Of a DNA stretch of 64,000 nt, positions 23,049 to 31,607 are shown piece after piece. Origin of the DNA: Escherichia coli (GTDB taxonomy: Bacteria > Pseudomonadota > Gammaproteobacteria > Enterobacterales > Enterobacteriaceae); NCBI RefSeq assembly GCF_024700885.2, contig NZ_CP117016.1, one strand, 5' to 3'. The position numbers and the translations under genes are program-made. The notes under the pieces are model-generated. The model had not been told where the DNA came from. It worked only from the letters and a program-made list of their open reading frames with translations, and did no database searches. Every line of letters begins with the position of its first letter. Positions within the stretch are counted from its first letter, which is position 1.

Positions 23049-23201
23049 GCCAAAATTAAAGCTCTTTTACTCTTTCAAAATCCTTTCAGTTAATTGAGGT
23101 TGAGCCATATAACTCATTTAAATACATTTAGTTATGTGGCTTCTTTAATTGAAAATTCTTTCATGTAACTTTAAATCGATCTGCTTGCTTTCATCAAAAA
23201 T

Positions 23202-23260
23202 CTGTACATGTGCTTGTACATAATGTACAAAACAGCAGAGGTGTTTTTTTATTTGTACAA
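23202..23260. promoter_or_regulatory. cluster of TGTACA-type palindromic sites upstream of int
   Basis: Perfect 17-bp palindrome ttgtacat-a-atgtacaa (23214-23230) plus flanking tgtacat and ttgtacaa half-sites within 60 bp, ending 9 bp before the int RBS. Confidence 0.5.
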
Positions 23261-23268
23261 GGTGAGTA

Positions 23269-24486
23269 ATGGCGCTGTCTGATGCGTGGTTGCGTTCAGT
23301 CGTTGGAAAGGAACGTGATAAGGTTTTGGTTAAATCCGATCGTGATGGTCTGTCTGTCAGAGTATCACCGAAAGGTCGCGTAGTGTTCCAATATCGTTAT
23401 CAATGGGCAGGGAAAGGTGAGCGCCTTGATATCGGAACTTACCCGGCAACTGGATTAAAAGAGGCCAGAGAAGAAGTTATCCGTCTCCGTGGTGAACTCG
23501 AGTCAAACCGCAATCCACGATTAGTCAGGCAGGCTGAAAAACGAAAAGCTACTGAAGCCATGACGGTAGAGTCTGTGATCCGTGCCTGGTATGAAGCATA
23601 TTGTGTAAAAAATAAAAAAGGTTCTGAACAGATACTCCGCTCGTTTGAGCTGCACCTGTTCTCTAAAATCGGGAATATCCCTCACGATGCAGCTACATTG
23701 CATGATTGGTTAGAAGTCCTGGAGCCTCTTAGCACTAAGACTCCAGCAATAGCAGACCGATTGCTAATTAACGCAAAGCAGGCCCATGTCTGGGCGTATA
23801 AGAGAAAGCTCATTGAAACTCGCCCACTGTCGGATATCACGGGTAAAGATATGGATATCCGTAAAGGTCAGAAGAAACGGTTTCTGACACATGATGAAAT
23901 TAAAATCCTTTATGCTGCGATCGATGGTTCTCGAATGGTTCCTAAATACCGGGCCTTCATTAAACTATTGCTGCATTTTGGCTGCCGTAGTTCAGAGCTA
24001 ATTACCGCCAGGGTGGACGATTTTGATTTCATTAATAAAGTATGGACTGTACCACCAGAACGACATAAGACTGGGGAGATAACAGGCGAACCGCTAAAGC
24101 GGCCCATTATTGAACCGGTTGAAGAGCTTATAAAGTACGCTATTTCTATGAACAATGGTTCCGATATGCTTTTTACTAAGGAAGGAAGCAGGGAACCCGT
24201 TGGTCGGACATCATTGCAGTCGCTGCCTTACAATTTAATGCAGTACGCATGGCGGCGTTTGGGGTATCAATTCCCTCATTGGTCTCTTCATGATTTGAGG
24301 CGAACAGCACGAACAAACTTTTCTGATCTTACTGCGCCTCATATTGCAGAAATAATGCTAGGTCATAAACTGCCAGGGGTATGGCAGGTTTATGACAAGA
24401 GCGATTATTTAGATGAACAGCGTAAAGCTTACCAGGCATGGTGGGAGAGAGTTGAATCGATAGTTACTTGTACTTGTTCAGACTAG
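23269..24486 (+). CDS. int: tyrosine site-specific integrase
   Basis: 405-aa ORF; C-terminal catalytic region with HDLRRTARTN and LGHKLPGVWQVYD (conserved R, H-x-x-R and Tyr); GGTGAG RBS. Confidence 0.9.
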   Translation: MALSDAWLRSVVGKERDKVLVKSDRDGLSVRVSPKGRVVFQYRYQWAGKGERLDIGTYPATGLKEAREEVIRLRGELESNRNPRLVRQAEKRKATEAMTVESVIRAWYEAYCVKNKKGSEQILRSFELHLFSKIGNIPHDAATLHDWLEVLEPLSTKTPAIADRLLINAKQAHVWAYKRKLIETRPLSDITGKDMDIRKGQKKRFLTHDEIKILYAAIDGSRMVPKYRAFIKLLLHFGCRSSELITARVDDFDFINKVWTVPPERHKTGEITGEPLKRPIIEPVEELIKYAISMNNGSDMLFTKEGSREPVGRTSLQSLPYNLMQYAWRRLGYQFPHWSLHDLRRTARTNFSDLTAPHIAEIMLGHKLPGVWQVYDKSDYLDEQRKAYQAWWERVESIVTCTCSD

Positions 24487-24619
24487 AACTGACATTTTGC
24501 ATAGGCAGAACGCAATTATGCATATTGCGGTATAATCCCCTTCTTAAAACTGTAAGAACTGCTTGCTAATCCTTGCAGTTTTTGATTATAACATTTTTAT
24601 TTGTTTATTAGGATTTTTG

Positions 24620-26752
24620 ATGGAACTGTTACAGGAACACGGGGCGATACTTAAAGTTGTAATCATGCCTACTACTGGGGAACAAACCATAATCCAAGGT
24701 TTCGATACTGGCCTCCTCAACCCAGAGATATCCAACATTCTTTTTTTATTGGCCAAAACACCAAAAGAAATTAGTGAGATTTTTGTCAATGAAAATGATA
24801 ACTTTCAGCCTACTCTAAGCGGGCTAAATCCTATTTTTTTAATATCTAAAGAAAATCTTGAAAAAATACCAGATATTTATCAAACGCCATTTTGCTTAAT
24901 TTTTTGTGCTAAAGAAGATTTTTCGTATGTTTGTGCTTTAAAAAAACATTTTGCTATACCACCTATAATTTGTTGCAATTCTAAACGCGCTGATCTACCA
25001 CTTAATAAGATTAATAGTATATACTCATTTGATAAGGTGCTCTTCTCTCGGTTGAAATTCATTGAGGATAAAATAAGAAAAAATCACAGTGAAAAGAAAA
25101 TATCAACGAAGTTGAAGCGAAGAGGGGCTTTATTTAATAAATCACCTTGGAGATCGACGCTTAACAATTCAACACTACCCAATGAGTTGTTAATTGAATC
25201 ACTTGGCTATATGCTATCTCCACCAAAAAGAATTAAAGATGGTAGTAGCAAAAGAGAGTTTATAGAAATAATACTTCATAGCGTTGATGCATACACCGAA
25301 TGTTTAAAGGAATTAGATATACCACTTCCAACGGAAGTCTTACTTTTTGCTCCGGGTATGCACTCTTTTTTATATGATAAAAATAATGACTTTTATGAGT
25401 TAATAACGGAAAATTTATCCACAATTGAGAAAAAATTCCTTATTGATGGAGTGTTGAGGAATCCAGGCTATTCTGGAATTAGACTTGATATAAATTCAGA
25501 TAGAAAAGAACTTTTTAAAAGTCCTGCTTTCCGTTACCTCACCTCACTAAGACGAGCTGAAATGCGATTAACAACAGCTGCGATTACTTTATTTAGCATA
25601 AATAAAAAAATCCCAGCAATAAGATTGCCAAATGCAATAAATCATTACTCCAATTATTTGAAAAATCTTGAAGATCTTGCAACTTCTTCTGGGATAAATA
25701 GTGAAGCATTCATCACTAAATCTAAAGCATTCAATACTGTTATTCGAAGAGCCCTTGGTTGCAAGTTGAGAACATATATAAGTAAAAACTATAGCGATTT
25801 GTCCTTTGTTTGTGATGTACCATTGGATTGGATTAGGTTTAATAACATACCTATAATGTTCAGTCATGAGATATCAAGAATAAATGCTACGCCTGGTAAC
25901 GTTCTTCTACAGAGCGCCTCTGCTTTTCCGCGCGTTTTAGTAAAAGCATCTGAGTTGAGAAAGGTTTTAGTTATACGTTCTTTTGAGCCTGATGATCACT
26001 TAAAGTTCATATTAGAGAACGCAATTGAGATATTTAAAAAACAGATGCCAGATCTTGATTGCGAGATTATTGATGTTAGATCGAAAGCTGAGTTTATTGA
26101 TGCTCTAAATCAATATCAAGGTCATATTCTTGTTATGGATTGTCATGGAAACCATGATGGCAATGGGAGTCATGGATGGTTAATAATAGGTGAGGATAAA
26201 GTGGACACTTGGAGTTTGAGAAAAATAGCAAGAATTCCTCCTATCGTAATTCTGAGTGCATGTTTAACATCTGCCCTAAGTGGTTCTCATGCCTCTGTTG
26301 CTAATGGCTTCGTTATAAGTGGTGCATTAAGTGTCATCGGAACATTACTGCCTGTAAATGCGATAGACTCTGCTGTTTTTGTAAGTCGGTTGATCTACCG
26401 GTTTTACGAGTTTCCTTCGACGCTATCTACAAATTTTACACATGTTAATGTAAGGCTTTTTCTTTCTGTTTTTCTTAGGATGTCCTATGCAAGCGATTTA
26501 ATAAGAGGATTTTTATCTGAAGATTTGATACCGAATAATTCATGGAAGAAAGATGCAGTTGATATTAACATGTATATAAACATGCTTCACCATGATTGGT
26601 ATGATTATGTAATTAACAAATTGACGATGTTAACGGGGCTCACGAAAAAAGATGTACTTGATTTTATCGATAGAAAATTATTCATAACCGAAACTATGTG
26701 CTATAGCCAAATTGGATTTCCAGATGCAATCACAATTAGTCTTAAAGATTGA
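24620..26752 (+). CDS. large AT-rich cargo protein with C-terminal caspase-like (CHAT-type) His/Cys protease signature; candidate defence protein
   Basis: ATG at 24620 (AGGA 6 nt upstream) gives ~710 aa. C-terminal region HILVMDCHGNHDGNGSHGWLIIGE...IPPIVILSACLTSALSGSH...GALSVIGTLLPVNAIDSAVFVSRLIYRFY has the His (HG) then Cys (SAC) spacing of clan-CD peptidases. N-terminal ~500 aa unassigned. Confidence 0.7.
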   Translation: MELLQEHGAILKVVIMPTTGEQTIIQGFDTGLLNPEISNILFLLAKTPKEISEIFVNENDNFQPTLSGLNPIFLISKENLEKIPDIYQTPFCLIFCAKEDFSYVCALKKHFAIPPIICCNSKRADLPLNKINSIYSFDKVLFSRLKFIEDKIRKNHSEKKISTKLKRRGALFNKSPWRSTLNNSTLPNELLIESLGYMLSPPKRIKDGSSKREFIEIILHSVDAYTECLKELDIPLPTEVLLFAPGMHSFLYDKNNDFYELITENLSTIEKKFLIDGVLRNPGYSGIRLDINSDRKELFKSPAFRYLTSLRRAEMRLTTAAITLFSINKKIPAIRLPNAINHYSNYLKNLEDLATSSGINSEAFITKSKAFNTVIRRALGCKLRTYISKNYSDLSFVCDVPLDWIRFNNIPIMFSHEISRINATPGNVLLQSASAFPRVLVKASELRKVLVIRSFEPDDHLKFILENAIEIFKKQMPDLDCEIIDVRSKAEFIDALNQYQGHILVMDCHGNHDGNGSHGWLIIGEDKVDTWSLRKIARIPPIVILSACLTSALSGSHASVANGFVISGALSVIGTLLPVNAIDSAVFVSRLIYRFYEFPSTLSTNFTHVNVRLFLSVFLRMSYASDLIRGFLSEDLIPNNSWKKDAVDINMYINMLHHDWYDYVINKLTMLTGLTKKDVLDFIDRKLFITETMCYSQIGFPDAITISLKD

Positions 26753-26859
26753 CAACTGTATGTAATAAATATGGCATACTTCCGGCACAGAGCGAATATA
26801 ACAGATCAGGTTTAGCTCTGTGCCATAGGTGTACCAACTCTCATCTGAGCTAATGCTCG

Positions 26860-27054
26860 TTACTCAATAACTCCCGCAAATTTGTAAATCTTGCGTGATG
26901 CCCATTTATTTGGGCATGATTTAATATCAGGATCTGGAAAGTCTGGCCTGTATTTCTGGCCAGTTCTCCTGTTTACGCTGTTCCAGCGAAGAACTGTCGA
27001 TACTGATACTCCACAGAAGTTGGCGACTTGTTTAGTTGTCATTAAGTTGTTCAT
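26860..27054 (-). CDS. small HTH DNA-binding protein, putative excisionase / early regulator
   Basis: 64-aa ORF (MNNLMTTKQVANFCGVSVSTVLRWN...) with strong GGAGGT RBS; start overlaps the upstream stop (TAATG). Confidence 0.5.
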   Translation of the reverse strand: MNNLMTTKQVANFCGVSVSTVLRWNSVNRRTGQKYRPDFPDPDIKSCPNKWASRKIYKFAGVIE

Positions 27055-27674
27055 TACTTTACCTCCTGCGGCGGCTCCGGTAGCGGCATCCAGTGGGTTA
27101 CTTTCGATGCCGGTTCTTCCACATCGTCAGTAACTGCCCACCATTTGTTTCTCGACCAATCGTAATACCCTTCGAAGGTATCGCACTCAGTCCAGCCGTA
27201 AGACTTCCCCCAACACCAAACATACTGTTTATCGTTCGGCATTCGCTCACTACAGCTTATCCAACCATCCGGAGTTACCGGAGAGTTGCCCGACAGCTCG
27301 TTCAACTTGTAAGTCTGGCTTACAGGTTTGGCACCATGAAGCATGGCGGCGCGGCAGGCGTTCCAGCCTTCATCAAAGCCGACTATGCCATTATTTAAAG
27401 ACGGAAGAGCATCCGGCACCACCGACACTGGCTGAGCCATATATAGCGGCTGAACATACCAGCCCTTTGATAACCAACTGTCAGCAATGTTTTTGCTCCT
27501 GGTTATTGCCGGAATACCTAAGCCATTGTCTGAATGAAGCCACGCCACCGGCTCTGCTTCCAGTGATGCCAGAGCAATTTCATAAGCAAGGCGCTCAACA
27601 TTGTCTCGCACGTCTAGGCTGCCGATTCGTTCTTTGATTTCTTTAATCTGTTCCTTATCGGTGTAAGTGGTCAT
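27054..27674 (-). CDS. phage protein with DUF551-like C-terminus
   Basis: 206-aa ORF ending ...KVTHWMPLPEPPQEVK, a motif I recognise from prophage DUF551 proteins. Confidence 0.65.
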   Translation of the reverse strand: MTTYTDKEQIKEIKERIGSLDVRDNVERLAYEIALASLEAEPVAWLHSDNGLGIPAITRSKNIADSWLSKGWYVQPLYMAQPVSVVPDALPSLNNGIVGFDEGWNACRAAMLHGAKPVSQTYKLNELSGNSPVTPDGWISCSERMPNDKQYVWCWGKSYGWTECDTFEGYYDWSRNKWWAVTDDVEEPASKVTHWMPLPEPPQEVK

Positions 27675-28030
27675 TATGCTCCAGCCTCCGGTGCTTTTGG
27701 CATTACTGCCCAGTGAGTGATATTAATATTTTCAAGGTCCCCGATCTGAAATGTCCACTGCCATTCTCCGGTTTCTTTTTGTCCCCAGGTGTACCAGAGA
27801 GAACGCCAGCCAATCAGCCAGCCTTCTCCGTTAGCATCAAATAACAGAACACTTTCATTTGCTGGTGGCAGTTCAACTGATACTGGTATTACTTTGTTTT
27901 CCTGTGCTGCACATTTAGCTTCAAGCGCATCGAATTTACGCTCCAGGTATTTAGCATCCGTTTCATTCACTTTCAGGTCTCGTGGTACACATCTCCCGTG
28001 AAGAAACCCTTCCATTTCGAAAACATTCAT
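27674..28030 (-). CDS. phage hypothetical protein (YfdS-like size and position)
   Basis: ~118-aa ORF; ATG at 28030 overlaps the upstream stop (ATGA coupling); the similar C-terminal ITHWAVMPKAP motif suggests relation to the neighbouring DUF551 gene. Confidence 0.55.
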   Translation of the reverse strand: MNVFEMEGFLHGRCVPRDLKVNETDAKYLERKFDALEAKCAAQENKVIPVSVELPPANESVLLFDANGEGWLIGWRSLWYTWGQKETGEWQWTFQIGDLENINITHWAVMPKAPEAGA

Positions 28031-28563
28031 GCGCATTTGCGTAACTCCGATAACTCGTTAAAACGTTCCATAAACATCCCGTAGGCATGGCCCGGAGCCA
28101 GTGGAATAACTTTGAACATCTCTGTTGCCGGGATACCTTCCAGTACTGGCCAGAAAGAGCCATCATCAAGCCCGAGGTCGCGGCGTTCAGTTGCCAGCAT
28201 GATGAGATCGGCATATTTCACAGGCGTGCTCATAACCGGGGGTAACCCGAATTTCTCACGGATTACGGCGTCTATTTTTTCTTCCATCCGTTTATAGTCA
28301 GGAAGAAGGCGTTTCAGTGGCGCGGGGATGTCCTGACAATACGCTTCTGTTGCATCATGCATTAACGCTTCAAAAGCAAACTCCTCCGGAACCAGTTTGC
28401 TGCAAAGCACCGCATGTTGGGCGACGCTGTAGAAGTGTGAAAGATGACCGGCAAAGCGACAGATATTTGAAAGGGAAACTGCGATATCGTTAATCACGAT
28501 GTCGTCTTTATTTATCCTGTCATAATAAAAATGCTTCCCGGAAAAAGTTTTAATAAATGACAT
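28027..28563 (-). CDS. HD-domain phosphohydrolase (YfdR-like 5'-deoxynucleotidase)
   Basis: ATG at 28563 preceded by GGAGAA; 178 aa; HD motif residues in RFAGHLSHFYSVAQHAV...LMHDATEAY. Confidence 0.75.
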   Translation of the reverse strand: MSFIKTFSGKHFYYDRINKDDIVINDIAVSLSNICRFAGHLSHFYSVAQHAVLCSKLVPEEFAFEALMHDATEAYCQDIPAPLKRLLPDYKRMEEKIDAVIREKFGLPPVMSTPVKYADLIMLATERRDLGLDDGSFWPVLEGIPATEMFKVIPLAPGHAYGMFMERFNELSELRKCA

Positions 28564-28657
28564 TTTGTTCTCCACTTTATATGCGCTGCACCGCGCTGAA
28601 TTTTGGTTAAAGAAAACCCTCGCCATCAGGCGATTATTGAGTTAATTACGTTTCCAT

Positions 28658-28679
28658 AAATGCCCCCGCAGGGGCATTT
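28658..28679. other. perfect 10-bp-stem hairpin between early-left genes
   Basis: aaatgccccc-gc-aggggcattt; it shares the 13-nt string tccataaatgccc with a site at 30300-30312. Confidence 0.35.
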
Positions 28680-28691
28680 GCAGTAATGAAA

Positions 28692-29516
28692 TCAGGCGGT
28701 GAAAGTACCAATAAAGGTTTCTACTTTGCTGTCTTTGAATTTTTCAACAAGCAGATCACGAAATTCGTTAGCCATTTCTTCCTGCACTGCTTCCAGCTGA
28801 ATAATGCGCAGAACCAGTACAGGGCGATCACCAGTGATAATGCTGAGGCGTAATTTAAACGGACGTTCTTTCAGGCCTTCAAACGGAACGCATTTAAACT
28901 CAAATGCTACTGGCATAATGTCTTTGGTTTTCGCTTCGACAGACTCCATCAGAGAGCGTTTGCCGCTGAAGTCATTGTCTTCAAAATCAGCGGTCTGGTT
29001 TGCTTCAATCGTGATTTTACGGACCGCCGCAGCCGCTTTTGTTGCCTGAATGGCGTCACCATTAGCATCAAAGCCCACAAGGTAGTCGGCCCAGTCTTCA
29101 ATCCATTCTGCCAGTGACTTCTGGGAGTTACGCTCGCCGTTAACAGACAACAGGGCAGAGAACGGTGCTGTCTTTTTCAGTTTGAGAGTGGCGGTGTTAT
29201 CTGCGTGACCTGGTTCATCAATAGTACCCAGGTTAAGCACACTGACGGCTCGCATATTATCAGCATCGATAAAGCAGCGGGTGCCTTCATCTGCAAGATC
29301 TTTAGAATAACGGGTAAAGTCATCGATGCTGGCAGTGGAAAGCGCACCACGGAAACGGAAGCGATTTAAATTAAATTTTTCCAGATCATGAATGCGGAAA
29401 TTCTCAGGCAATGCCACAGCATCGGCACCAATCTTACTGATAATTTCATTAACACCCTGAGCAGAAATAAGGGCATGGATTTGATTAATTGCGGTTGCGT
29501 CTAAGTTCTGAGACAT
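28692..29516 (-). CDS. phage protein, YfdQ-like (DUF2303-type)
   Basis: 274-aa ORF ([21 protein letters not shown]...), same length and order as CPS-53 yfdQ next to the HD-domain gene. Confidence 0.65.
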   Translation of the reverse strand: MSQNLDATAINQIHALISAQGVNEIISKIGADAVALPENFRIHDLEKFNLNRFRFRGALSTASIDDFTRYSKDLADEGTRCFIDADNMRAVSVLNLGTIDEPGHADNTATLKLKKTAPFSALLSVNGERNSQKSLAEWIEDWADYLVGFDANGDAIQATKAAAAVRKITIEANQTADFEDNDFSGKRSLMESVEAKTKDIMPVAFEFKCVPFEGLKERPFKLRLSIITGDRPVLVLRIIQLEAVQEEMANEFRDLLVEKFKDSKVETFIGTFTA

Positions 29517-29581
29517 AATAAGTCCTCACTATATAAAGATATTCAGTGATGAGATAAATAATCAGTTTATTAAAAACGATA

Positions 29582-29944
29582 TTAACGACCTGCTGCGCGG
29601 AGTTTTCCGTCAGGTTCACCGGCAAGAGTCAGTAATTGTCCCTGGTCTTCCTGCAGAATAGTCAGGCGACCACCGCGATTGACATACATCGGCGTTTCGG
29701 TGGTGTCTTCTTCGGAAATTTTCCCGCGGTTAGTCGGGCGAACATATGAGAGTTTGTGTTTGATTTTTACACGGTTCTCATCAAACGGTTCGATTTCCAG
29801 GTTGAGCGAGACCTTACCTTTGGTTTTCGTGTTCATCACACCGGAAGCGACTTCACTGAGAACAGCGCCGATTTTGGTTTCAAATACGCCGCCGTCCAGC
29901 TCCCCGATAAATGCCTGCACATCAGTACTGCGTTCGCTAGCCAT
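29582..29944 (-). CDS. phage hypothetical protein (YfdP-like), first gene of the early-left operon
   Basis: ATG at 29944 preceded by GAGGAG gives 120 aa (MASERSTDVQAFIGELDGGVFETK...); the longer listed ORF 29582..30175 is an upstream extension. Confidence 0.6.
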   Translation of the reverse strand: MASERSTDVQAFIGELDGGVFETKIGAVLSEVASGVMNTKTKGKVSLNLEIEPFDENRVKIKHKLSYVRPTNRGKISEEDTTETPMYVNRGGRLTILQEDQGQLLTLAGEPDGKLRAAGR

Positions 29945-29992
29945 TTTGCTGCTCCTCATCATATCGACCCTGCAAGGTCGGTTGGTTTCTCC

Positions 29993-30127
29993 ACAAAACA
30001 GAGAAGAACACCTGCGGTGGCAGCCGCCCGGATGGATTGGGTTATGAGCCCGTCGTCCGGTGATGCCCTTCTCTGTTTTGTAAAAAGAGCGGTACCAGCC
30101 GGAAGCAAGTGTACAAACTGGTACCGC
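29993..30127 (-). other. two tandem stem-loops in the pL-proximal leader (candidate structured RNA element)
   Basis: SL-I has a 14-bp perfect stem, acaaaacagagaag (29993-30006) pairing with cttctctgttttgt (30068-30081). SL-II has a 10-bp perfect stem, gcggtaccag (30089-30098) pairing with ctggtaccgc (30118-30127). Neither is followed by a U-run on either strand. Confidence 0.35.
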
Positions 30128-30574
30128 CAAAGCAGTGGCTGTTGTGGTGGGGTTGTCACTCAGGCGTATGGTCAACCTGACAATCCGGTGTCCTCAACGG
30201 GGAAAGAGTAACCCCGCCATACTTACCGCCGCGCCATTTCGCGGATTACCACAACGCTGAGAGCACTTAGCCAGTTACGGCACCACACTTTGTCGCGGTT
30301 CCATAAATGCCCTCATCGTTGCACCCTGGTCTCTTCCCAGGCGTCAAACCGGATCGCCACGCTGGTTAGGCGTCTTATCAGCATCATCATTGACTTGCAC
30401 ATTCCGGCTACCTGGTTTGTTTGCCCGAGCAAGGAGTGGATTGTCCCCTTTAACGTCCCCAGACCGCTAACGACGCATGTGCCATACGCCGTGTTACAAC
30501 CAAATTTAGTTTAATCTTGCCTGTGTTATGTTTCTTTTAGATACATTATGTATCTCAAGGGTACATTGTCAAGT

Positions 30575-30599
30575 ATAAAAAAACCTGCCGAAGCAGGTT
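30575..30599 (-). terminator. rho-independent terminator of the cI transcript
   Basis: aacctgc-cgaa-gcaggtt hairpin followed on the minus strand by a U-run, just downstream of the cI stop. Confidence 0.65.
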
Positions 30600-30610
30600 A
30601 TAAATATTGA

Positions 30611-31285
30611 TTAGGCCTTTATTTTGTATCTTCTTGGTTTTCCCGAGAAAATCACTGTACCAATTATAGAGCAATTACCGTTAATCTTAATGTAAGGCTC
30701 AGGCCAGTTTGGGTTTAATGCTTTGAGATAACGCTGTGTTCCATCTTCTATCAATCGCTTGAAGGTGGTTTCGCCTGTATCGTGCATCAATGCAATAACG
30801 TCGTCACCGTGGCAGGCAGGGACTTCGGGATCAACAAAAATCATGTCTCCAGGGCGGTACTCATCAATCATTGAATCACCAATCACCCGCAAGATATAAG
30901 TCATTTCGCCACAGGGTACAGGGCAGGGGTAAGTTTCTGCTGTGCTCAAATCAACCTCAGAATAGCCAACTTCTTTCCATGCTCCGGCCTGTACCCATGA
31001 TATGACAGGGACTAACGTTATTTGTTTGTTAGTGATTGAAACATCAGGTTTTTTTGTGATGTTCGTGGTCTGGTGTTCTTGATCAAGCCATCCGACAGGC
31101 AGGTCGAAACATTTTTCGATGTGCCGCGCCATGCTGTCACCGATATTTTTAGTAGCACCATCTCCCATAAACCTGCTGGTCTGGGTTGGCTCGCGATCAA
31201 TCATGGTGGCAAAGGAAGAATTCCCGCCAACACCATCTCTCAGTTTTCTGGCGTTAGACCGCCGGATGTCATGGATTGTTTTCAT
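30611..31285 (-). CDS. cI: CI-type prophage repressor (HTH plus S24 LexA-like autopeptidase domain)
   Basis: 224-aa ORF; N-terminal HTH region and C-terminal S24 features (GDSM...; Lys in FKRL); divergent from cro. Confidence 0.85.
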   Translation of the reverse strand: MKTIHDIRRSNARKLRDGVGGNSSFATMIDREPTQTSRFMGDGATKNIGDSMARHIEKCFDLPVGWLDQEHQTTNITKKPDVSITNKQITLVPVISWVQAGAWKEVGYSEVDLSTAETYPCPVPCGEMTYILRVIGDSMIDEYRPGDMIFVDPEVPACHGDDVIALMHDTGETTFKRLIEDGTQRYLKALNPNWPEPYIKINGNCSIIGTVIFSGKPRRYKIKA

Positions 31286-31375
31286 AACGAAATTAAAACC
31301 TTTGTACCGATAAGGTACAAGTATCTTGAAGGTTCATTTCAATCATGTAATATGTATATCGGAGGTACATATTGT
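31286..31375. promoter_or_regulatory. cI / cro divergent promoter-operator region (pRM / pR)
   Basis: Palindrome ttgtacc-gataa-ggtacaa (31302-31320) plus ATGTA/TACAT half-sites around 31345-31375 that overlap the cro RBS. Confidence 0.6.
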
Positions 31376-31576
31376 ATGAAAGCGTATTGGGACTCTTTAA
31401 CCAAAGAACAGCAGGGCGAGTTGGCCGGAAAAGTTGGCTCAACACCTGGCTACTTACGGCTGGTTTTCAATGGTTATAAAAAAGCCAGTTTTGTGCTGGC
31501 GAAAAAACTTGAGCAATGCACGTCAGGTGCAATTACGAAATCTGACTTAAGACCGGATATCTATCCGAAAGATTAA
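31376..31576 (+). CDS. cro: Cro-like small repressor
   Basis: 66-aa ORF from ATG 31376 (GGAGG 10 nt upstream), divergent from cI; the longer listed ORF 31073..31576 is an upstream extension into the operator region. Confidence 0.7.
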   Translation: MKAYWDSLTKEQQGELAGKVGSTPGYLRLVFNGYKKASFVLAKKLEQCTSGAITKSDLRPDIYPKD

Positions 31577-31607
31577 CAGAACACCTTCAATTTTTAACCA
31601 CAGAACG

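Noticed and set aside
29959-30159. 66-aa minus-strand ORF overlapping the leader stem-loops, considered as an N-like antiterminator
   Set aside because: No Arg-rich N-terminal motif; the reading frame is built from the inverted repeats themselves.
30290-30514. 74-aa ORF in the pL leader
   Set aside because: No RBS, and it lies on the opposite strand to expected pL transcription within the structured leader; more likely non-coding.
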